64,000 bases of DNA from Acholeplasmataceae bacterium (GTDB lineage: Bacteria; Bacillota_I; Bacilli_A; Acholeplasmatales; Acholeplasmataceae). The translations under genes were made by a program, and so were the position numbers. Where the stretch lies: NCBI GenBank assembly GCA_963675245.1, contig OY775910.1, positions 32,001-96,000 on the forward strand, written 5' to 3'. Below the pieces are notes generated by a model that searched no databases, was not told the origin of the DNA, and saw nothing but the letters and a program-made list of their open reading frames with translations. Shown here piece after piece: positions 9,337 to 19,474 of the stretch (its first letter is position 1; each line of letters begins with the position of its first letter).

Positions 9337-10329
9337 TTATTTAAAGTATTCTTTAACAAAATTTTTATTACTTCTTGTTGTATCAAACATCCTCACCTTT
9401 TTTTCAATCCATTCACGCTTATCTTTAAATCTTGGTGGTAAAGCTAATTGTTCACCTAATGTTTCATATGTTTCATCACCATCTAAGAATCCTGGACCAT
9501 CTGTTGCAAATTCAAATAGCATATTAGGATACATTCTTGTGTATAATGAGTGGAAGTAAAATCTATCAACATGACCCGAATGTCTGTAACCAACACTATT
9601 TAGATACGTTATCCATGAATTTAAATCCGTTTTGTTTTTTACTCTAAAAGCTACATGATGGATGGCACCATCGCCTTGTCTGCCTTGAGTCATATTTGAC
9701 GTTTGTTCCACAATTACCGATGCACCATTTCCACCAGGTGCGACTTCGTATAAGTATAAGTTGTGTTCTTCTTTCACTAATTTGAAACCTAAATGTGCAT
9801 CTAAGATATGATCAAATCGTTTCGCATCAGATACACGAAAGTAAACAGGACCTAAACCGACAATTGCATATTCATCAGGTATTGGACCTAAATGCCATGG
9901 AATACCTGGTCTAACACCTTTAATACCCTCATCTGATATTAAGATATATTCTTGACCATCAAAATCTTCAAATAAAATTGCTTTTCTGTCAAATAGGAAC
10001 ATCACGCCATGATGATTAACACTTAAATAATCAAAACGTGTAAGCCAATAATCAATGGCTTCATTACTTGTAACGCGTAAACCAATTTTAGCAATCTCAT
10101 TCGTACCTTTGATGGCTTTTGCATTTCCTTGGAAATCAAAAAAAGTCACGTCTGTACCTGCATTGCCAGCCTCATCTGCAAAGAATAAATGATATGTATT
10201 TATATCATCTTGATTGACTGTTTTTTTAACTAATCTCATACCTAAAGTATAAGTAAAAAATTCATATATCATGATGGCATCACTCGTCATAAGGGTCGCG
10301 TGATGTATGCCGTGAATTTTATTCATCAT
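9337..10329 (-). CDS. Ring-cleaving dioxygenase/glyoxalase (MhqA/MhqO-like)
   Basis: GIHHAT, RLVKKTVNQDD, YHLFFAD, IHHVAFRV, DRFYFHSLY and FEFATDGPGF motifs. Confidence 0.92.
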   Translation of the reverse strand: MMNKIHGIHHATLMTSDAIMIYEFFTYTLGMRLVKKTVNQDDINTYHLFFADEAGNAGTDVTFFDFQGNAKAIKGTNEIAKIGLRVTSNEAIDYWLTRFDYLSVNHHGVMFLFDRKAILFEDFDGQEYILISDEGIKGVRPGIPWHLGPIPDEYAIVGLGPVYFRVSDAKRFDHILDAHLGFKLVKEEHNLYLYEVAPGGNGASVIVEQTSNMTQGRQGDGAIHHVAFRVKNKTDLNSWITYLNSVGYRHSGHVDRFYFHSLYTRMYPNMLFEFATDGPGFLDGDETYETLGEQLALPPRFKDKREWIEKKVRMFDTTRSNKNFVKEYFK

Positions 10330-10344
10330 ATCCACCTCACCTAT

Positions 10345-10373
10345 ATTGTAACTTACAAAAAGTAACCAATCAA
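10345..10373 (-). promoter_or_regulatory. Sigma-A promoter with an HxlR/YodB-type operator in the spacer
   Basis: TTGATT-GGTTACTTTTTGTAAGT-TACAAT; the 17-bp spacer contains the inverted repeat TTAC-N5-GTAA. Confidence 0.6.
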
Positions 10374-10405
10374 ACATTACGCATTCCAATAAATAAAAAA
10401 GGGTA

Positions 10406-10807
10406 TTATTTACCCTTTTTCGCTATCATGTAGCTAAATATAGATTTTCTAGTAATAATGCCTATAAAAGCCCCGAAGTCGTCAATGACAGGTATAAAGT
10501 TTTGTCTTGTCGCTACCTCAAAAATATCTTCCATTTGTGTGTTAACATCAATTGCTTTATTATCTTTGTTCCGTGGAACATCAGTAATTAAGATATCTTC
10601 TGTTTGATTAAAATCAATTTGATGATCCTTGATATACCACAGTAAATCACCTTCACTGAGTGTACCAATATAATCACCTTTTTTGTTCAAAATAGGTATC
10701 GATTGATAACGATAAACCTGCATTTTTTCAAGTGCTTGTCGCATCGTTTGATCATCGTAAATAAATGCGACTTTCTCCTTCGGGATTAACCAAAACAAGA
10801 TGTTCAT
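10406..10807 (-). CDS. CBS-domain protein (YkuL-like)
   Basis: Tandem CBS motifs SIPILNKKGDYIGTLSEGDL and FIPVIDDFGAFIGIITRK. Confidence 0.88.
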   Translation of the reverse strand: MNILFWLIPKEKVAFIYDDQTMRQALEKMQVYRYQSIPILNKKGDYIGTLSEGDLLWYIKDHQIDFNQTEDILITDVPRNKDNKAIDVNTQMEDIFEVATRQNFIPVIDDFGAFIGIITRKSIFSYMIAKKGK

Positions 10808-10865
10808 ATGTTGTCCCCTTTGAGATTGTTTATATTGTTTTTAGAACACTTATATTATACCATAT

Positions 10866-10880
10866 TGTAAAGCGTTTTCA
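10866..10880. promoter_or_regulatory. LacI/CcpA-type operator (cre-like)
   Basis: TGTAAAGCGTTTTCA; nearly the same as the site upstream of glgA. Confidence 0.45.
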
Positions 10881-10937
10881 TAGTTTCACATATTGTATAG
10901 TTGTGGTAAACTAGTTTCTATGAAGGAGTTGTTTAGC

Positions 10938-11756
10938 ATGAAGATTGGTGTCCTTGGACCAAAGGGAACATTTAGCGATTTAGCCCTAAAAAAATATCAA
11001 ATTGACCACACTGTTACGCCTTACTATTATCAAACTTTAGATCAAACAGTGAATGCATTAGAAAGACTCGATCGGATTATCGTTCCAATCGAAAATACAT
11101 TGGAAGGATATGTTCAACCAATTCTAGACTTTATGATTAGTCAAGATGTTCATATCGAATCTGAGCTAACGATTCCCGTTCAATATGCATTTGTTACTCA
11201 TGTAGATGAATTAGCAAAAGTCAAAAATGTATATGTTCAGTTCGCATCCAAGAGTCAATGTCAAAAATTTATTAGTGATCATAATCTTACCGTTACGCTA
11301 ACTGAAAGTAATGTTCAATCATATCATCGTTTATTAGAAGGTGACGCTTCAGATGGAGCGATTATTCCAATTCATATGGTGTCCAATAATTTTAAATTAA
11401 AAATTGAAAATATTGCTGATACACAAAATAATCAAACCCGTTTTATTGTCTTATCAAAAACCTTTAATCAACAATATGCAGAACGTTTTAAATTCAGTTT
11501 AGTTGTAAGACCTACTCAAGACCGTTCAGGTTTGTTATACGACATTCTAAAAATCTTTAAAGACTTCGATATAAACCTTTCAGCGATCATGTCTAGACCT
11601 CAAAAAACTAGACTTGGCCAATATTACTTCTATATTGAATTTGATGGTGAATCAGATGCAAGAGACACTGTCTCTGAAGCGTTATCTAAGATTAGAGTAA
11701 ATTTTGATGTGAAACTACTTGGTGTCTATCCTTATCCAACAAAAAAGGTGTCCTGA
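10938..11756 (+). CDS. pheA: Prephenate dehydratase with C-terminal ACT domain
   Basis: LGPKGTFS, VPIENTLEG, NQTRFIVL and ACT INLSAIMSRP; AAGGAG RBS. Confidence 0.9.
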   Translation: MKIGVLGPKGTFSDLALKKYQIDHTVTPYYYQTLDQTVNALERLDRIIVPIENTLEGYVQPILDFMISQDVHIESELTIPVQYAFVTHVDELAKVKNVYVQFASKSQCQKFISDHNLTVTLTESNVQSYHRLLEGDASDGAIIPIHMVSNNFKLKIENIADTQNNQTRFIVLSKTFNQQYAERFKFSLVVRPTQDRSGLLYDILKIFKDFDINLSAIMSRPQKTRLGQYYFYIEFDGESDARDTVSEALSKIRVNFDVKLLGVYPYPTKKVS

Positions 11757-11772
11757 TGGACACCTTCTTTTT
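11741..11772. terminator. Bidirectional terminator
   Basis: AAAAAAGGTGTCC-TGAT-GGACACCTTCTTTTT. Confidence 0.8.
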
Positions 11773-13222
11773 ATACATTGACTTGACGCTTACCTCTAAT
11801 AAGAAGTATCGTTACCATAACAGCGACATAAAGTATAACACCGAAAAATGCTATCCAAGTCCACAATGCTGGATTGGGACTATTTTGTGTGAATGTTGGT
11901 ATGAAGAGAATAGCGAACAATGGTAATGCCATCGAAATAGCCGTTCCACTACCTAAGACGAGTTCTTCTGCAACTGGTGTTTCTAATTCAGGATCAACTC
12001 CCTTTAATAAAGCTAAACCCGTTGACGCGACACCAGTCAGCATACCGAATAAACCAATGAAATATTCATCTTTATGATTGACATAAACTTTTCTAGTCAT
12101 AAATGATAGATAAGCCATTGTGCCAAATCCAGCTAGTAATGATGTAAGAATTAGTTGCCATCCATATTCTGATAAGAATTCTAATGTTATCATCATGACT
12201 CCAGCTGTAATCATGATATTAAATGCAGTTGATGCAATATTAGAGAGCATGTAATTATTCGTCAAGAAACGAACTTGTTTCCCACGTTTTTCTAAAGCTT
12301 TTAATATTTGATTATAAACAAGTGCATATAATATAGCTACGATAAAATTGAAGCCTTTCAAAATACCGAATGCCATATCACCTGCTGAACCTAAGAACCC
12401 AAATAACCATTGGAATAAAACAAGTGTTAACCAGGTTAATCCATAAATGATGGCGATCATTATTGCAGACGTTGTTAAACCATCTAACATACTAATTTGC
12501 TTAACCGTATCAATTTCAACAGTCTTCTTATCAAAACCTGGTTCATCATATTGTTTTGGTTTTGTAAAACCTTTTCGCTTCGCAATCACGTTAATCGCTA
12601 ATACACCACTGATACCACCAAATAGGAAACCGATGGTTGCATACGCTGCACCTAACGTAATACCATTCGTACCACCACCAAGCTGCGTATTCCACATTCT
12701 ACCAATGGAAGAAGCTAGTCCTGGTCCTTGACCAAAACCGAGTGCAACCAGCATACCAGATCCGATAAAACGATCTTGGAAAATGAGGAATACTAAAAGC
12801 ATTCCTAATGCTGCTTGAAGCGCATAAGTTGATGTAATCAACATACCTGTCGACCAAATCTTCTTCTTCGCCTTTTTCTGATCACCATAATCACGTTTAA
12901 GAGCAAGTGCTAAGAAACCAATTGCTAAACCATGATAGACAATACTTTGTAATAAATCAATATTGTAAATTGAATTATAAGGCATCTGAACATCGCCCTC
13001 ACCTAAATATGTTGAGAAAAAGAAACGGTTTGATTCATTCCATAATGAAGCTGAAAGTAAAGGTGTCAACACCATACTAAATATAAGTCCTAATATACCT
13101 GCAAGTAATGCAGTTGGAATAACTACCCTATTCAATCCAGGAATCCACGTTTTAAGTATTTTAGCAACGAACATTAAAACACCAAATAATAGAAAATACA
13201 AAATTACTCCAAATTCATTCAT
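11771..13222 (-). CDS. Sodium/glutamate symporter (GltS/ESS)-like membrane transporter
   Basis: About 12 TM; IPTALLAG, GFGQGPG and FGMLTGVASTGLALL motifs. Confidence 0.72.
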   Translation of the reverse strand: MNEFGVILYFLLFGVLMFVAKILKTWIPGLNRVVIPTALLAGILGLIFSMVLTPLLSASLWNESNRFFFSTYLGEGDVQMPYNSIYNIDLLQSIVYHGLAIGFLALALKRDYGDQKKAKKKIWSTGMLITSTYALQAALGMLLVFLIFQDRFIGSGMLVALGFGQGPGLASSIGRMWNTQLGGGTNGITLGAAYATIGFLFGGISGVLAINVIAKRKGFTKPKQYDEPGFDKKTVEIDTVKQISMLDGLTTSAIMIAIIYGLTWLTLVLFQWLFGFLGSAGDMAFGILKGFNFIVAILYALVYNQILKALEKRGKQVRFLTNNYMLSNIASTAFNIMITAGVMMITLEFLSEYGWQLILTSLLAGFGTMAYLSFMTRKVYVNHKDEYFIGLFGMLTGVASTGLALLKGVDPELETPVAEELVLGSGTAISMALPLFAILFIPTFTQNSPNPALWTWIAFFGVILYVAVMVTILLIRGKRQVNV

Positions 13223-13223
13223 T

Positions 13224-14360
13224 TTAGCTCTCCTTTTTCATGTTAATTAAATCAAAGAATAACATGGCATGATTCATTTTCAATAAATAAGTATTATCTT
13301 GATCATCAAAAGAAATTTTGTTTTGCTGCGTTAACGCAACACCTTGCATTTCTTTAATGTTAACACTATAATTATGTGTCTTACTAGTCACTAGCAATAT
13401 ATCGCCAACGATGCGAATAGTTGCTTTTTTGGTAATACGTTTACGACGTTGTTTATCTAAAAGTAACTCATAAAACTTTCCTGTTGTCTCAAATGTCTCA
13501 TGCATATGAGGTTTTAACCATTCTTGTTGTTTTCTTCCCCACTCAATCATATCTTTCACATGATCCGAGACATACATATGATGTTCATCTATTGATGCTA
13601 TCTTGCCACAATGTTCACAATATATATCATTTCCTTTTGATGAAATCGTTTGAATATGATGACATTTCGGACAACCATATAAGAAGTTTTCTGATCCTTC
13701 TGCTTTATTGTTTTGTAGATAAGTTACTTGTGCTTTTTCATTCCATTGATATTCATTAAATGCGATTTCTTTTTCAAGAAGTGCTGATAAATCTTCAACA
13801 CTCATTGCATCTAAATCATCACCTTTAACTAAACGTTTATACTGAAGATAAATAGGTGCTCTTTTTCGATAATGATCAGACCATCTTGGGTGTGCAAAAT
13901 AACCACCTCTAAATTGACCAATCACCAAATCAAATTTGAGTTTTTTGATGAGTTTTGCAGTTGATGTGAAATCTGTTGGTGTTTGTTCACCGAAATATGA
14001 TGAATTGCCTTCAGGACAGATTTGAATACCTCTTTTATCCTTATAAAACGCATTTCTTATTAATCTTATTGTATGTGTGTCTGCTTGTCCTTTTCGTTTT
14101 GGAATGGATTTTAATATTTTAGTTAATGCAAATCTCAATACAGGATTCGTATATAAAGTATTAGAAGCAACAGGATAAGGATAATAAGCTAAATTCATAC
14201 CAATTAATAATGGGTCATTCAATTGCTCATGATTACTAACTAGAAAATATGGTTCACTTCGATCCATACTAAAATCTTCACATGAAATAATCAAATTAAA
14301 ACGATGATTGAAAAAACGTCGTAAAAAGAATCTAGCTGTTTCAAGTTTTAATCCTAACAA
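13224..14360 (-). CDS. PlsC-like lysophospholipid acyltransferase with zinc-ribbon C-terminal extension
   Basis: NHxxxxD (SNHEQLND) and PEG motifs; CPKC...CEHC; TTG start with AGGTGG RBS. Confidence 0.85.
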   Translation of the reverse strand: MLGLKLETARFFLRRFFNHRFNLIISCEDFSMDRSEPYFLVSNHEQLNDPLLIGMNLAYYPYPVASNTLYTNPVLRFALTKILKSIPKRKGQADTHTIRLIRNAFYKDKRGIQICPEGNSSYFGEQTPTDFTSTAKLIKKLKFDLVIGQFRGGYFAHPRWSDHYRKRAPIYLQYKRLVKGDDLDAMSVEDLSALLEKEIAFNEYQWNEKAQVTYLQNNKAEGSENFLYGCPKCHHIQTISSKGNDIYCEHCGKIASIDEHHMYVSDHVKDMIEWGRKQQEWLKPHMHETFETTGKFYELLLDKQRRKRITKKATIRIVGDILLVTSKTHNYSVNIKEMQGVALTQQNKISFDDQDNTYLLKMNHAMLFFDLINMKKES

Positions 14361-14430
14361 AATACCACCTACTGTCTATTTTTTTGTAAGCAAAAGGGGA
14401 TGGTTTCCCCTTTCCCCTTTATAATTGTTT

Positions 14431-15534
14431 TTAGTGTAGTGTTACAAAAGGTATATCAAATGCTTCAGAAACACCTTTACATGTGCAATTTCCTTGATAA
14501 CAATTGACGCCTTCTTTTAATGCTTCATTTTGTGCAAATGCTTGCTCTAGTCCATAATCAGCAATCAGTAAACCATATCTTAAAGTGGCATGATTCAATG
14601 CTTCAGTAGATGTTCTAGGTACTGCACCAGGCATATTAGCAACCGCATAATGAATGATACCATCGACCACATAAGTAGGATTATCATGATATGTAGCATG
14701 TGATACTTCAGTCGCACCACCTTGATCAATCGCAACATCCACGATAACACTTCCAGGCTTCATTTTCTTATAATAGTCTCGTTTGATAAGTTTAGGTGCT
14801 TTTTCACCAGGTAAGAGCACTGCACCTATCACTAAGTCAGCCTCTGTAACTGCTTTTTCAATATGATCTGATGTCGAATAAAGTGTTTGAATTCTGTTTC
14901 CAAATAAATCATCTAAATAGGTTAATTTCTTTAAATTAACATCGAGAACAGTTACTGCTGCTCCCATACCAACAAGCATCTTCAGTGCATTTTCACCAAC
15001 AACACCTGCGCCGATAATGGCTACTTTTGCTTGTGATACACCAGGTACACCAGACACTAACACACCTGATCCACCAAACGGTTTTTCAAGACATTTTGCA
15101 CCTTCAATAGCAGCTAATCTTCCAGCTACTTCGCTCATGGGTGCAAGACAAGGTAGTGAACCATCACTTTCTTTAATGGTTTCATACGCAACAGCTTTAA
15201 CTTGATTATCAAGTAAAGCTCTTGCCAAAGGTTCATTGGCCGCAAGATGTAAATATGTATACAGCAATAAATCTGGTCTTAAATGTGTAAATTCTTCTTC
15301 TAATGGTTCTTTAACTTTAACCATCATATCACATGATGACCAAACGTCTTTTGCTTTAGCAAGTATTTTTGCACCTGCTTTTTCATAATCATCATTGGTA
15401 TAACCAGAACCAAGACCAGCATCCTTTTCAACAATTACTTGATGCCCATGTGCGATATACTCTTTAACACTACTTGGGGTTAGGCCGACTCGAAACTCAT
15501 ATTTTTTAAGTTCCTTAACTGTTCCAACAATCAT
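14431..15534 (-). CDS. ald: Alanine dehydrogenase
   Basis: EFRVGLTP, KVKEP, YLHLAA, PMSEVAGR, DVAIDQGG and VANMPGAVPRTST motifs. Confidence 0.97.
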   Translation of the reverse strand: MIVGTVKELKKYEFRVGLTPSSVKEYIAHGHQVIVEKDAGLGSGYTNDDYEKAGAKILAKAKDVWSSCDMMVKVKEPLEEEFTHLRPDLLLYTYLHLAANEPLARALLDNQVKAVAYETIKESDGSLPCLAPMSEVAGRLAAIEGAKCLEKPFGGSGVLVSGVPGVSQAKVAIIGAGVVGENALKMLVGMGAAVTVLDVNLKKLTYLDDLFGNRIQTLYSTSDHIEKAVTEADLVIGAVLLPGEKAPKLIKRDYYKKMKPGSVIVDVAIDQGGATEVSHATYHDNPTYVVDGIIHYAVANMPGAVPRTSTEALNHATLRYGLLIADYGLEQAFAQNEALKEGVNCYQGNCTCKGVSEAFDIPFVTLH

Positions 15535-15594
15535 TAGCGTCTCCTTATTAACTTTTAATATAAAACTATTTTAACATATCTATGTGCTCTTTAA

Positions 15595-16641
15595 TCACTC
15601 ATCAACTAATTTATGTGCTTCAAATGTATTTTTTAAGACATCATATAACAATTTGTGATTTTGAGTTAATTGTTTTAATGCTTTTTCACCTATTTTATTA
15701 GGTTCATAATCGAGATATCTTTTTAAATATCCCTCATCACCATATTTATCAATAATATGATCAAAGGCATGTTTAATTTGACCTTCAAGGTCTAAATTAG
15801 GATGTTTGTGAAGCTCATATTGTACCGTTCTTTCAATGACCTTATCAACATCTAATAAACGATCTGCTTCTGCCAATATTTTACCGTAAATGCTTCTTGG
15901 TTCCTCTGTGTTAGATGCTCTGTGATCAAAAATGGCATCGACCATGATTTGAATCTCGTCACTATGATAATGTTTTAGGACATAGGGATCTTTTTGTAGT
16001 AGTTCACCTGAGGTAATATGATGTGTTTTTCGACCAAATTGTAATCCTAAATCATGAAAACATGCTACCAAATAAACCATATCCTTACGTGCTGGATAAT
16101 CATTGACTAAATCGAAAGATGCTTTAACAACCTCAAAAATATGATCTCTATGGTGTCCTTCATCAAATTGATCATATTGTGGTAATATGTGGTCTTCTAT
16201 ATATGTAAAGAGTGACATAGGTACATCTTTTTCTATGTTTAAAATATCTTTATATAACTTAAGGAAAACATCACGATCATTTTGATATGTAAGTTTTTCT
16301 AGCACTTGATCTTCTTCGCACCAAAATACATCACTGACTTCAGCGATTTGCTTTGTCATGTTTTCCGTAATAGGTCTTCCTATAAAATATGTTAATTCTT
16401 TATATTTATCTGGTGCAGGACTATAACTCGTATATGCCCTATATGTTTTATCAATAAACGCCTTAATGCCAGTTTCTTCAAAGACTTCTCTTTTAGCTGT
16501 TTCATAATGTTTTTCATTATGCTCAATATGACCTTTTGGAAAACCAACATGTCCACCATTTTGATGTTTTATCATTAGAAATTCTCTCTTGTTTTTATGA
16601 AAATGATAAACAAGTGCACCACATGATTGCTCATTTGTCAC
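15595..16641 (-). CDS. NUDIX hydrolase (Ap4A-hydrolase-like) fused to an HD phosphohydrolase
   Basis: Nudix box FPKGHIEHNEKHYETAKREVFEETG; HD motifs GHHRDH, FHDLG, DHRAS and AEAD. Confidence 0.85.
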   Translation of the reverse strand: MTNEQSCGALVYHFHKNKREFLMIKHQNGGHVGFPKGHIEHNEKHYETAKREVFEETGIKAFIDKTYRAYTSYSPAPDKYKELTYFIGRPITENMTKQIAEVSDVFWCEEDQVLEKLTYQNDRDVFLKLYKDILNIEKDVPMSLFTYIEDHILPQYDQFDEGHHRDHIFEVVKASFDLVNDYPARKDMVYLVACFHDLGLQFGRKTHHITSGELLQKDPYVLKHYHSDEIQIMVDAIFDHRASNTEEPRSIYGKILAEADRLLDVDKVIERTVQYELHKHPNLDLEGQIKHAFDHIIDKYGDEGYLKRYLDYEPNKIGEKALKQLTQNHKLLYDVLKNTFEAHKLVDE

Positions 16642-16714
16642 AACCTCACATCCTCTCGTTCATATTATAGCATGTTGAAGCCATCATATCATAAATAAAC
16701 ATCATGTGTGACCA

Positions 16715-16743
16715 TTGTATAAAGCGTTTCCATCATGTATAAT
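16715..16743 (+). promoter_or_regulatory. glgA promoter with a cre-like site
   Basis: TTGTAT-17-TATAAT with TAAAGCGTTTCCA (16720-16732) overlapping the spacer. Confidence 0.55.
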
Positions 16744-16766
16744 TAAAAGTGATAGGAGGTGTTCTT

Positions 16767-18194
16767 ATGCGTGTCTTTTTTGTGAGTTCTGAAGCTTTTC
16801 CGTTCAGTAAGACCGGAGGCTTAGCTGATATGGCATATTTTTTACCACAAGGATTAAAAGATCTTGGACATCAAGTAAAAGTGATTACACCTTACTATAA
16901 AACAATAGGCAAATACCATCATGATATGCACTTTCTCGGAAGAAAATTAATTCAAATCGGTGGTTTAGAAACGATTGTGAATTATTTCGGGTTAACCTAT
17001 GAAGGTCTCAATTATATTTTCATTCAAAATATGCATTATTTCGAACGTGAAAATCTTTATGGTTATCCTGATGATGCCGAACGATTTACGTGTTTTGATT
17101 ATGCAGCTTTAGAAGTGATGGATACCTTAGGAGAATATCCAGATATCCTTCATCTAAATGACTGGCAAACTGGTATGATTCCTTATCTATTAGATGAGCA
17201 TTATCGTGATAAAAATGAAGGTTATTACAGTATTCATACACTACTGACGATTCATAATCTTCAGTATCAAGGTTCATTTGATTCCTATGTATCACGCTTT
17301 TTCAATACACCTTTTAACTATACATATATGCATTTCGATAACGTCAACTTTTTAAAGGCAGGCATTTCAAGAGCTACTAAAATCAATACTGTTAGTCCAG
17401 AGTACCGTAATGAAATTCTAGATATGGCTAATGGCTTCTCTTTAGATGGTGCTTTATGGCAAAGAAAAGATGATTTCACTGGTATTTTAAATGGCATTGA
17501 TCATCGTGTGTTTAATCCTTCGGATGACCCGTTTATTGAAGCCACCTATAATAAAAAGAATGTACATAGTCAGAAAAGACTTAATAAAGAAGCTATTTTA
17601 AATCATTTTAATTTATCGATTCTTCTAAATGCACCATTAATTGTGTATGTAGGAAGACTTGCTACACAAAAAGGTATAGATTTAATCGTGAATGCCATTG
17701 AAGATGTGGTCTTAGGGAGTGATGCATCGTTTATACTCATGGGATCCGGTGATAAAGAATATGAATCTGCAATTAGAAATTTAACGAATAAATATCCAAA
17801 TCGTATTGGTAATTATATTGGTTTTAATGAACAAATGGCACATCAATTATATGCCTCAGCCGATTTATTCTTAATGCCTTCTCAATTTGAACCTTGTGGT
17901 TTAGGTCAGATGATCGCGATGACTTATGGGACTTTACCTGTTGTTCGTGAAACGGGTGGTTTAAAAGATACAGTCATACCCTATAACAAATTCACAGGTG
18001 AAGGTACTGGTTTCACTTTTAAAGGATATAATGCAAATGAACTTAGAGATAAACTCTTTGATGCTATTTACTTATATCATGATGAACCAATCGTATTTAA
18101 ACAATTAATCAAACAAGCCATGTCAGTAGATTTCTCAACTAAACGTATGGCTAAAGCATATGAATCGTTATATCAAATTATTATAGGAGTGTGA
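16767..18194 (+). CDS. glgA: Glycogen synthase
   Basis: KTGGLAD, HLNDWQTG, TIHNLQYQG, PSQFEPCGLGQ and TGGLKDTV motifs. Confidence 0.97.
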   Translation: MRVFFVSSEAFPFSKTGGLADMAYFLPQGLKDLGHQVKVITPYYKTIGKYHHDMHFLGRKLIQIGGLETIVNYFGLTYEGLNYIFIQNMHYFERENLYGYPDDAERFTCFDYAALEVMDTLGEYPDILHLNDWQTGMIPYLLDEHYRDKNEGYYSIHTLLTIHNLQYQGSFDSYVSRFFNTPFNYTYMHFDNVNFLKAGISRATKINTVSPEYRNEILDMANGFSLDGALWQRKDDFTGILNGIDHRVFNPSDDPFIEATYNKKNVHSQKRLNKEAILNHFNLSILLNAPLIVYVGRLATQKGIDLIVNAIEDVVLGSDASFILMGSGDKEYESAIRNLTNKYPNRIGNYIGFNEQMAHQLYASADLFLMPSQFEPCGLGQMIAMTYGTLPVVRETGGLKDTVIPYNKFTGEGTGFTFKGYNANELRDKLFDAIYLYHDEPIVFKQLIKQAMSVDFSTKRMAKAYESLYQIIIGV

Positions 18195-18198
18195 TGAC

Positions 18199-19425
18199 AT
18201 GGAAGTATTGACATTAATTTTAGCAGGTGGTAAAGGTTCTAGACTAGATATCTTATCAAACCGTCGCAGTAAACCAGCAATGCCTTTTGCTGGTAAATTT
18301 AGAATTATCGATTTTGCATTATCAAACTGTACACAATCCCATTTATACGATATCGGTATTCTCACTCAATATTTACCATTATCATTAAATGAACATATCG
18401 GTGCGGGTAAACCTTGGGATTTTGATAGACGTGATTCTGCTGTCACACTGCTTCAACCACATAACTATTGGTATTTAGGAACTGCTGATGCAGTTTTAAA
18501 AAATCTTGAATTCATGGAAAGACATGAACCAGCATATGTTCTCATTTTATCTGGTGATCATATCTACAAAATGGATTATCGTAAAATGATTAATCAACAT
18601 AAAAAGACAGGTGCGACACTGACGATTGCCACCCAACCTGTTCCTTCTTCTGAAACGTATCGTTTTGGTATGATGTCTACAGATGATAATAGCGTGATTA
18701 CAAAATTTGAAGAAAAACCAAATCAAACAACTGCAGAGCTTGCTTCAATGGGTATTTACCTATTTAATTATGATTTATTAAAAAAAGTTTTATTAAATAT
18801 ACATAGAGAAGATTTAGATTTTGGTAAACACATTATTCCTTATTTAATTGAAAATACGAAAGAACGTGTTTATGCTTATCGGTTTACTGATTATTGGATG
18901 GATGTAGGTACATATGATGCTTACTTAGATACGAATCTTGAAATGACGAAAGAATATACAAAATTAGATCTATATGATCCAACGTGGAAAGTCTATACGA
19001 AGAGTGAGGATTTGCCACCGGTTAAAGTTGGTAAAGAGGCTGTCATTAATCAAAGTTTAGTATCCAATGGTTGTATTATTGAAGGGACGGTTATTAATTC
19101 TGTCATTTCACCTGGTGTGAGAATTGGACGTGGCACAGTCGTAAAAGACAGTGTCATATTAAATGATGCTATTATTAGTGAAAATGTGACGATACAACGA
19201 TCAATCATTGATAAAAAAGTCGTCATTGGTAGAAATGCTTTTGTTGGTTTCGGTAATGATTTCACACCAAATAAAGAGAAACCACACCTATTAAGTAGTG
19301 GTATCACCGTAATCGAGAAAAAAACAGTAGTGCCTGGACATACTGTCATTGGTAGAAATTGTCGTATTTTCAGAACTGCAAACTTTGATAGTAAAATTGT
19401 TGAAAGCGGCGAAACACTTCAATAA
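18199..19425 (+). CDS. glgC: Glucose-1-phosphate adenylyltransferase
   Basis: LAGGKGSRL, RSKPAMPFAGKFRIIDF, LSGDHIYKMDY; C-terminal beta-helix. Confidence 0.97.
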   Translation: MEVLTLILAGGKGSRLDILSNRRSKPAMPFAGKFRIIDFALSNCTQSHLYDIGILTQYLPLSLNEHIGAGKPWDFDRRDSAVTLLQPHNYWYLGTADAVLKNLEFMERHEPAYVLILSGDHIYKMDYRKMINQHKKTGATLTIATQPVPSSETYRFGMMSTDDNSVITKFEEKPNQTTAELASMGIYLFNYDLLKKVLLNIHREDLDFGKHIIPYLIENTKERVYAYRFTDYWMDVGTYDAYLDTNLEMTKEYTKLDLYDPTWKVYTKSEDLPPVKVGKEAVINQSLVSNGCIIEGTVINSVISPGVRIGRGTVVKDSVILNDAIISENVTIQRSIIDKKVVIGRNAFVGFGNDFTPNKEKPHLLSSGITVIEKKTVVPGHTVIGRNCRIFRTANFDSKIVESGETLQ

Positions 19426-19441
19426 CATGATCATGAATGAT

Positions 19442-19471
19442 AAAAAAATCACCAAATGGTGATTTTTATTT
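19442..19471. terminator. Bidirectional terminator
   Basis: AAAAAAATCACC-AAAT-GGTGATTTTT. Confidence 0.8.
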
Positions 19472-19474
19472 TAA

